This document shows positions 11,066 to 20,835 of a DNA stretch of 64,000 nucleotides, in pieces. Under the pieces are notes generated by a model. That model did no database searches. It was not told the origin of the DNA and saw nothing but the letters and a program-made list of their open reading frames with translations. Source of the DNA: Octopus vulgaris (Eukaryota); the NCBI GenBank assembly GCA_951406725.2, contig OX597833.1:37262001-37326000 (forward strand). Direction: 5' to 3'. Numbering within the stretch: the stretch's first letter is position 1; the number at the start of each line of letters is the position of its first letter. The position numbers and the translations under genes were made by a program.

Positions 11066-12123
11066 TTATATTTTTATATTTTATCTAGTTTTAGCTCACG
11101 AGCTGTGGCCATGCTGGGGCACCGCCATGCTGGGGCACCGCCATTCGGTGTTGCTACATGATTTTACTTCATGAATGCTTTTTAGCAATTGCTATTTGGT
11201 GCATGAGAGAGTTCAATGCAGCTGCCCTCATCTGCACCTCCTGCCGTGAAGTTGGTTCATCTGGGACACCTGACAGGAAGAGATCCAGTTTTATTTTAAA
11301 GACATCTGCATCCACCCCATGCAGGTCTCTCAGGTTCTTCGGGAGGATATTGAAGAGCTGTGGGCCTCTGAAGTCCAGGCTATCACAGTATCTTGTCCTA
11401 CATCTTGATGGCAAATTTGGAGTCCTTGGCACTATGCAGTGGCACTCAGTTCTAGTATTTGTGTAACTCTCTATGCCAAAGTTTAGGACAAGTCCTTCTA
11501 AGATCTTCCAGATGTATATTATGGCATATCTTTCTCACCTACGCTCTAAGGAATAGAGTCTTAATCTCCTGAATCTTTCCCAATAGCTTATATGCTGCAC
11601 AGAGGCTATCTTCGTGTAGCTTCATTGGATCACCTCAAGTTGTGTGATTAATTTGACACTGGATGGTGACCATAGCTGAGAGCAATAGTCAAAGTGGCTT
11701 AGGACAAGTGTCCTCCAGAGGACCATCATACTTTCCTGGTCTCTTGTTCTAAAGGCTCTAAGAATCCATCCGGTCAGCCGCCTACATTTCATTGCCAATT
11801 TAGCAACAAGCACATGAAAGGTTGCATCGTCACTCATGTAAATACCCAGATCTCGCACTGATTGTGCCTCTGGGATTGCAATCCCTCCAGGTCCAGTGTA
11901 TTTATTGGGTATTGCATTTAGTTTTGCATGCTGATAGCATAAAGCTTGAGACTTTTCAGCATTGAACTGCATGCTATTCTTTTCAGCCCACTTGTATATT
12001 TTGTCCAGCTCACATTGCAGGTGCATAATGTCTTCAGGGTTGTGTATTACCTGTGAAACTTTTGTATCATCTGCATAACTTGTGATCGTAGATTTCTGCG
12101 TGGCTGAGGGCATGTCTGAGAGG

Positions 12124-12128
<5 letters not shown>
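11066..12128 (-). mobile_element. 5'-truncated CR1/L2-like LINE (RT C-terminal part and 3' UTR)
   Basis: SYADDTKV...LQCELDKIYKWAEKNSMQFNAEK...VRDLGIYMS...LVLSHFDYCSQLWSP; later GPQLFNILPKNLR..FKIKLDLFLSGVPDEP. Confidence 0.93.
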
Positions 12129-12178
<50 letters not shown>

Positions 12179-12319
12179 ATATTTATATATATATTTATAT
12201 AATATCTACTAAGAATTACCTAATCTTTATAGTTATAATTGTTAGTATATTAATCCTGAGATACTGCCTAAATTTATATATATATATATATATGTGTGTG
12301 TATATATATATATATATAT

Positions 12320-12359
<40 letters not shown>

Positions 12360-12491
12360 ATATATATATATATATAAATACTTACATATATGTATATATA
12401 TACATACATATATATATGTATATATATATATATACATATATATATATGTATATATATATATATTTATATATATGTTTGTGTATATATATAT
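12129..12491. repeat. (TA)n array containing an 82-bp non-repetitive insert
   Basis: Seen directly; insert 12197-12278 equals 13383-13464. Confidence 0.95.
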
Positions 12492-13045
12492 GACTACAAC
12501 TGGATGCCCTTCCTAATGTTTACCACTGGCCTTGTACCTAAATCAGAAGCCATTTTTACTAAAGGTTATGGATAAGCATAATCATTATAATGTCAGACAA
12601 AATGCTTTATGATATGTAGTTGCAGCTCATTACATACTGATTCAGATCTTGCCAAAGTTAACTCTGACTTTTGTCCTTCAAGAGATTAATAAGATAATGT
12701 ACCAGTCAAGTACTAGGTTCTAGGCATTGACTAACCTCTCCACCTAAAAGCTGTTGGCATTGTGCGTAAATATGGAACATTATCATTAACATAAATATTG
12801 TTAAAATTATAATAAAACAACAACAGCAAGAAAGAAAAGATTTATAAGCAAAGAGAAGTAAACAAGTTATATATATTCATGCCAAAACTAACTTCACCTG
12901 TGCCACATAAAAAGCACTAGGTCCGCTCTGCATCCAGCCATAAAATCCCTGCCAAAACAGACACAGTAGCCTAGGGTAGTTTTTCTACTTGGCCAGCTCC
13001 TGTCAACTGTCCTACCCATGCATAGAAAATGAATGTTAGATTATG

Positions 13046-13088
<43 letters not shown>

Positions 13089-13089
13089 G

Positions 13090-15840
13090 TGAGAAAGTAT
13101 GATTGGTAATTATACATGATTGATGGTTGAATATACAAGGAAAGAGATAAGATGAAAAAACACAGAAGATTTGTTTTACTAGACTAAAAAATATATTTAA
13201 ATTGTCATGGCGAATGTATTATACAATAAAAATCGAATTTTTTTCCTCTAATAAGATGACCGGTTTCGCTCATGGTTTTCAAATTTTGAATGTTCGATGC
13301 AACTTGAAATGAGAAATTTTGTTTGTTAGGGAGGGATAATTGGTTACAAAGGCATTTTTCAGTAAAAGGGAAATAAATATTAATATAATATCTACTAAGA
13401 ATTACCTAATCTTTATAGTTATAATTGTTAGTATATTAATCCTGAGATACTGCCTAAATTTATAGTCCTGGTAACTTTTATCAATATGAGTTTATATTCA
13501 GTTCTGGCTTGTATTTTTCGATAAATGAGGCCTCTTTATTTAGTTGAACTTGAGTTGAAGACCAAATAGCACATTGATATAATGGGAAGATTAGGAATTG
13601 TGGTTGCAGTTGTTCTGCACATCTGTCAGTGTGTTCACTGAGATGTATCTGGCGATATTGTGGGGAAGAGATCTATTGTCTATGAACTGTACATCTACAT
13701 CTAAGTGACATTCCTATGGTGCCTATATAGTTTTTATGACAGCCCAAGCACCGTATGACATAAATGAGGTTTTCAGAGGCACAAGTGAAATTGGATTTAA
13801 TTTTGAATTTTTGCCCTTGTTTAAAAGGGAATTCTGATCCTTCCAAAAGATTGGGAATGTTCCACAGTTAGATCAACCACATTTTTTTACTCTTGCATCC
13901 ACTATTCTTGAGAATAATTTAGCATTTGTGAGGATTTTCTTATTTTTTTATTTTTATTTTTTTGCTTTTTCTTATGTGTACGCAGAATTTCCTTTAGTTT
14001 GGGGTCCTTATGGAGTATTGGGAGATTTGGGGCAATGATGTTAAATGCTTCATTGTTTCTGGGGTTGTATGTGGATACATAAGGTAGTATTTTCAGAGTT
14101 GGTTTGTTATTGTGTTTGACTTTTCTTAATGTTTTTATGTCAATTGATTTTGCACACTTAATCCTATCATCTATGAGTTGAATTGGATAGTGTCTATCAT
14201 TTTTAAGCTCTTGCAGTCTCAGTTCTCTGATATTTTTATGGACACTACAGTGCAAATCCTTCTTGCAAGGTTGAAGGGGACATTTGTTTTAATGTGTCTT
14301 GGATGGAATGCACTAAATAATAGGTATTGTTTCGCATCTGTAGTTTTGTAAAATATGTCCATTTCTATTTTTTGTTTATTTTTTTAACCAGTATATATAG
14401 GAATGTGAGTTCTTCTTGGTTGTGTTCCATTCTAATTGTATGTTTGTATTAATGCTATTAAAGAGTCTTTTGAAATCCAGTACTTTATCTGTGTTTTCAT
14501 TCCAGAGGATGAAACAGTCATCCAAAAATCTTTTCCAGTTTTCTTTTATGTATTGGGAAAAAGGGTTTCCAAATTTTGAAAATGACTCCTGATATATTGT
14601 TATTTCTAAATAGCCTATTGTTAGTTTGGCAATAACCAGGGCTGCCCTGGTCCCCATGACAATTCGAGATTTCTTGGCAATAAACAGTGGTGTCAAACAT
14701 GAAATAGTTGTTTTGTAGGATGAATTTTATAGATTCAATTATGAAGTCTTTTCTGTTGCCCACCCAGAACTGAATTGCTTCTATTCCATAATTATGGGGT
14801 ATGTTGGTGTATAGGTTTATCACATTAAATTCGACCATGAGTGTTTCTTCCTTGACCTTTTCCAATAGATGATTTAATATATCTAAGCCATCTCTAACGT
14901 AACTTTTGATGTATTTTAGAAATGGTTTCAGGAGGATGTCTTTGAAACAACTTAGTCTTTATATTTCACAGGATGGTCCAGCTATAATGGGCCATAATTT
15001 TAGGTTTCCTGGTGTTCGTGTATGTATGTATGCCTTTGGTGAATTTTTGATGGCTTCATTTATAGCCTGGCTTTTGTGAATTTTCAGTAGACCATAGAAT
15101 AGGCCTGGTTTACATTTAAAGTTTGTTAAGTAGTCTATTTCTTTCTTTTTATTTTTTGTGTTAGGTCTTTTCCATGGATTTGAATTAGTGAAGAGGTTTT
15201 TCATTATTTTTGTGTGGGGTGTAATCTCTGATTTTGCATAGTATTTGTCATTATTTAGCATGGATACTACTAGATTTTTGTAGTATAATGTGTCCATTTC
15301 TACCACCACACTCCCTTTATCCACTTCTTTAATTATTATTTCTTCATTATTTTGTAGTTCAGTTCTTTCCATTGGGTGGTGCTGAAGTTTGAAATGATTC
15401 TTTTGTTTGTGCAAGGTGTGGTAGGGGAATTTTTCTATCACTTTTCTTCCAGCGCTGGAATTTCTTTCTTCAGTTTCACATACTTCCTTCCAAAGATTAA
15501 CAATGTTTTCTAGAGATTGTTCGTTGATGTGATTATTTATTTCCTTAATTGATGTTTTTATATTTATCTTCAATGTTTAAAGCTCTTGATTTTAGTAATT
15601 CAGTTTCTGATTTCAAATGGAATAGTGCCAACTTTTCCCTAACTACCCTCTGTCCATCTGGTCCATTTGGTATTAACACTCAAAATTTGAAAAGCTTTAG
15701 TGAAATGGGTCATTTTATTAGAGGTAAAAAAATCCTATTTTGTATATTATAATACTTTTGATGTGACAATTTAAATATATTTTTGTTTGTCTCGTAAAAC
15801 AAATCTTCAGTGTTTTTCCATCTTATTTCTTCCATTAAAC
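13090..15840 (-). mobile_element. Decayed Penelope-like retroelement (RT + GIY-YIG endonuclease) with inverted pseudo-LTR
   Basis: IIIKEVDKGSVVV, FYGLLKIHK, LWPIIAGP, FNVINLYTNIPH, MGTRAA, WKRFLDDCFILW; C-terminal CASENLIYVIRCLGCHKNYIG...EASFIEKYKPELN. 13139-13345 is repeated in inverted orientation at about 15625-15833. Confidence 0.92.
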
Positions 15841-15843
15841 ATA

Positions 15844-15892
<49 letters not shown>

Positions 15893-16301
15893 AGAGAGAG
15901 AGAGAGAGACATACAGAGAGATAAATAATACTAAAACTTTAGGAATATTTGTGTGTAACTGAAATATCTCAGAAATAGTATATTTTATCTTAATTTTCTT
16001 TTACATGCAGTACAAATTTTTGTGACATTTGAACCTCTGTTTAAACAATTAAACACAATTTTTGTTATTTCTTGATGAGAAAAATACATGGCTTCCATGA
16101 CATCAACACACATACAGAATACACACACATATAATGAATGTCATAGAATGTCAGTCAACACAAACGCACGTTCACTGTCTTCACTCTCTAAGAAAAAAAA
16201 ACTACTGTTGACTTTTTGACATACACAATATTTTAATCATTTAGAAATATTTTTAAATGAACATGACTTTGTTAATTTCTGTAAAAAAATTTTTTAGCAA
16301 T

Positions 16302-16642
16302 TTACTTTTGTTTTAAAGTGAAAGAGAGGAGAAAGTGAAAGATGTATGTACATGTATATGAAATGGACTTGTGTGTGTGAAATAGAATGAGTGAAGGGGT
16401 GTGTTGTCATGTATACGTACATACATCAATACATATGCGAACATCTTTTTTGTATGTACATGTGCGTGTGTGCAAGGGAGAGAGAAAGTGAGTGAATGTG
16501 TATGTTCTCATGTATGTGTAAGTGGCACTCTTTCTCTCTCTCTCTCTCTCTCACATTTACACACACACACGCATATATCCATTTCATATACACATTCATA
16601 CATCTTTCACTTTTTCCTCTCTTTCACTTCAAAACAAAAGTA
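16302..16642. repeat. Foldback/MITE-like long imperfect inverted repeat
   Basis: tacttttgttttaaagtgaaagagaggagaaagtgaaagatgtatg... pairs with ...catacatctttcactttttcctctctttcacttcaaaacaaaagta. Confidence 0.85.
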
Positions 16643-16899
16643 GCAAGTGATTTTCAGGATAAAAATTGTTCAAAAAAGTTTTTACTCATGTAAATTGATT
16701 ACTATTGTTTTGATAGTTCCAATTAAATAAGTCCAGAAGTTAGGCTAAATATATATACATGCATAAGTACTGTGAATTCCCATTCTACAAACTGGCAAAC
16801 AATTCTGTGAATTGCAAGGCTGGGCAGTAAGTCTAGTATATATATATATATAAAGTTGTGTGTGTGTGTGTAAATATTGAACAATGAAAATGAGTGCTC

Positions 16900-17075
16900 A
16901 ACACCACAATGGTGAATAAAGATTCTTTATTTGTGGATTAAGGCTACCGTTGGTTTCATGTTAAGGAAGCCCTTAACAATTATCAATTGTTTTAATCCAA
17001 AATAGAGACAAACACCAGTATTCCATGAGATAGGCTTGATAATTGTTTAGGACTTCCTTATCCACAAATAAAGTG
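16900..17075. mobile_element. Two inverted copies of a small Penelope pLTR-like unit with a degenerate minimal hammerhead ribozyme motif
   Basis: Minus strand reads TTGATAA-T-tgttaagg(gctt)ccttaaca-T-GAAAC-caacg-GTA-gcct followed by AATAAA; a partial copy on the plus strand lies at 17032-17073. Confidence 0.55.
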
Positions 17076-17699
17076 TATATATATATACATATATATATGT
17101 GTGTGTACATAGTTATATAAATGTATATTTATGTATGTACACATGTTTACTGTTCCTGCTCACATAGATCAGATGGAACTTGTTGAGGTGGATTTTTCTG
17201 TGGCTGGATGTCCTTCCTGTCACTAATCCTCACCTGTTTCCAAGTGAGGTAATATTTCCTTGTGACCAAGTATGTTTCCGCATAAGATTAAGAACAAAGA
17301 ACACTGCTTGCAACTCAGTGACTCTTGTTTACAACTATCACATGAAGTTGAAGCAAGAAGACAGTAATATGCATGCACACACGTGTGTGTGTACATATAC
17401 GATGGGGGTTTTTTCAGTTATTTTCTGCCAAGTCTACTCACAAGGCTTAGGTTAGCCAAGGGCTAAAGTAGAAGACAATTGCCCAAAGTGCCACACAGAT
17501 AGGAGAGATGTTAAAGCTGAGGTATGGCAGGTCTAAGATGTAGCTCTGAGAGGAAGGAAAGGTTACTGAAGGTACATAACAAGAGTGATCAGTTGAAAAT
17601 AGTATAGTCAGGGATGATAATAAAGACAGTGAGGTAACTGTTAGCGACAAAGTACAGGAATGAAAATGCTGATTCTGTTCTCAAATGATTGCAGCAAGT

Positions 17700-18235
17700 G
17701 GAATGTACCATATCATCTCAGTCTTCTCTCTTGTACACCACATTAGATTCTTCTAATGCCTAATTTTTGTCTCAATATCTTTGCACTATGTCATACATAC
17801 TTGCTGATGATACACATCTTTTGAATCATACATGCTTCATTCCTCTTTAGTCCTCTACATTTAGGGACCACGTCTCACTATCAAGTAGCATTGCTGTTCT
17901 TACATAAGCATCATACAATCTGTCTTTCACTGAGAGATTTTTTTTGTTGCTTACAGAAGTAATTGCTCTGAACTTTCTCAATCTTATTCTTATTTTATCA
18001 AGTATGCTTTCATTACATCCTCCTCCACTACTAATTAAGTCATCTTGGTAACAGAAACACATAGGTTAGTATTTCCTGTGTGTCCCTAGTGCTTATTGCT
18101 CCTATACTCCACATACAAAGACTACTTTCTCTGTTAAACCTTCCTATGATTCCACTGCAACTGTTATGCGTCCATAGCTGGTACTGGGTACACCATATGG
18201 TATCCCAGCCTATACCTTTCCTACATATCAAGGAC
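17700..18235 (-). mobile_element. Decayed RTE family B fragment
   Basis: LICRKGIGWDTIWCTQYQLWTHNSCSGIIG, FCYQDDLISSGGGC, KDRLYDAYVRTAMLLDSETWSL. Confidence 0.85.
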
Positions 18236-19949
18236 ATATGTGTATGAGAATGTTACAGTTTATTTGAAGCACTGCAGTACAAAAAGGAAATTAGAGAAGC
18301 TTTTGACAATGCAGAGAGGAAAGTTGAAAGACTTTTATATATTTCAGGACAAAGGCCCACCTTCAGAAGGATATAGTGAAAGAAATATGAGTCAACATAG
18401 ACACAGAAATGGCAGGATTTATGTGGACATATTTCTTTTACTATATCCTTCTGAAAATGGGCTTTTGTGCCTGAAATATATAAATACATGTATGTTGGAT
18501 GATAAACAAAAAGGGAAATGGAAGGAACACATACATGAACACGCACACACTCATTCATTTATTCATGCAGAACTTACAGCTCTTGTACCCTGATAAATTC
18601 TCATTTGTACCTATCATCATATGTGCATTAGGCTATGTACCTACAAATTTACACAAAAACCTAATGGCACAGTGAAGATTTGTAAGACATGGGTGTGTGC
18701 ACTGACAGCTCATCCAACACACCAACTCAACCACATATTTACAAATGCCAGGAACTCTCTTGAGAAGAACTTAAATAAAACTAAGAAAAATTATACATAC
18801 ATATGTGTGCATACGGTGTGTGTACATGATTCTAGGTATATGTATATATATATTTAATATATATATATATTTGCGTATGTGTGTGTGTGTACATTTGTAT
18901 ATATATATATATGTATGTGTATGTAAATATATCTTTGTATTTAGACCCACATATCTTTGGGTAGATATGTCATGCTCTATGTGTATATTTATTTATCTAT
19001 TTGTTTATCTCTGAGTACATTCCTAACCAAATGTAAGATCATGATCGTTTTATATTCTATCTTTGTATGTTTGTATTAATGTGTACATTTGGTTTCAAAA
19101 CTTAATTTCTAAAGCAATTACAGGATTGGTATCCATCTAAAGTTGATCCATCAAAAACACACCCAATTTGCACTCTCTCTGTTCCCCTTATTCCCTTTTC
19201 TTCCTCCTTCTCTTTCTAGCTCTTTATTTAATTCATTTTCAACATACTTATAAAAATTCTTGCCCTCTGTCCAACTTCAAGTATTTAATCTGTGTAACAT
19301 AGTTCAGTAAAGTATTCATCTAATGGACTGTTGTGGTTCACAATCCAATTGTACTCAGAACATCTGCTGCAAAGAATGCAAATAACAGAAATGGTGAAAC
19401 ATACATTGGGAACAAATTATATAAACTGCATCTTATGTTTATCACACTTCCACAATGTTTGCTCTGTGTATCTTAACTGGTAATATTATTAAGTAGCCCA
19501 GTGGTAACCACATCACTTTACTGAAGGTAGACTACGTGAAACTCTAAACTAATCATTAGCAGTTGTATATCTAACTGTACACACAAGAAATACTACATCA
19601 TCGTTTAAATGTATATAGATGTATAAGTTTATGTGTTGATATATATGTATATGCACACACACACACACACAAATTTGTATATAAATGTATGTGTGTGTGT
19701 ATCTGTATCGATATCCTCATGTTATAAAGTAATGAATTCCAACAGATACTTTTTGGGAGAAAAAAACCCCACCAAGTGTACAAAAAAAAAAAAAGAACAT
19801 TTGAAAAGAAATACATTAGGAAATGAATAAGAACCATAATACTGTAACAGGGGACATTCTCATGACAAAAGATGTTGACTACTATCTGAAGAGTTATAGG
19901 AAGGATGAGGATTACTGTCTTCTGTTTTATAGTTCATCATCATCAATTA

Positions 19950-20440
19950 CTTGAAAGGCAAAGAACTTTTCCAAAATTGTTTGATGTTTATACTGTGCAT
20001 TATTTCTTTGTACAATTCAGTGTAGGAACTGAACTCTTTGTAAATTCTCCTGTAATGTTTGTGTTGTGTTCATGGTTAGGGTTGTTATCAGCAAAAACTT
20101 TTAGACCTTCATCTTTAAATGTCAACCCTGTAGCAGTATTTTTTGCAGTCTATTTAAGTACAGTTAATAGAATTTCCATATTCTCATCTGTATTCTTAGT
20201 TTGCTCTTCTAACAGCATCAGACAAACCTCCTTCTCTTCAAAGACCTACATGATTTGCAAGTGTCACTGTATCTTTCAGAATTTGATGTAAACTTTCTGC
20301 TCGTGGAAAGTTCATAGTTTCAGATAAGTCAAGCCAGCCATTTTCCCAATGACTCGGCTCTCTTATCCACAACATACATTACAGTGAACTTCTTCCAGAA
20401 GTCTTCAACTGTAGGCTTACCTTCCCTCATAATGTTCTTG
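19950..20440 (-). pseudogene. Possible pogo/Tigger-like transposase C-terminal remnant
   Basis: Frameshifted pieces PTVEDFWKKFTV, TLANHVG, DNNPNHEH, YTELYKE resemble Tigger C-terminal motifs; heavily decayed. Confidence 0.45.
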
Positions 20441-20649
20441 TTAATTTTATTGTTGTTGCTGTTTAGTTAAACATTTCAGTCACCATTTAAAATACACAAG
20501 AACATCACATTATCTTATTGCTTTTTTTCTTCTTTATAACCTATTAGATGGAGTTGATCCATTTTGTTAATGCTGTTGTTGCTGTTGAGTTTGATGGGTT
20601 GGTAATGGCAGTCCTTGTGTTGGTGTATGTGTGTGTATACATACCTTTC

Positions 20650-20800
20650 TTTCATCTTTCACTTGTTTCAGTCATTGGACTGCAGCCATGGGAATCTTAG
20701 TCAAATGAATCAACTCCAGTACTTACATATTTTAAGCCTGGTACTTATTCTATTGATCTCTAACGATCTCTAATGCCAAACTGCTATGTTATGGAAGTGT
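20650..20800 (-). mobile_element. SINE family A 3' fragment
   Basis: ttgtttcagtcattggactgcagccatg...ggtacttattctat matches the tail of 55428-55781. Confidence 0.75.
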
Positions 20801-20835
20801 CTATGCATACAAATATGTAAATATATGGACATTTC

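Noticed and set aside
2418-12575. Dozens of long Y/I/M/C/V/H/T-rich ORFs (also 30855-31611, 48079-48592)
   Set aside because: Translations of TA/TG/CA microsatellites, which lack stop codons; not genes.
19380-19470. piggyBac-like Cys-rich tail (TLWKCDK..VPNVCF) on the minus strand
   Set aside because: Too short and missing key cysteines; could be chance.
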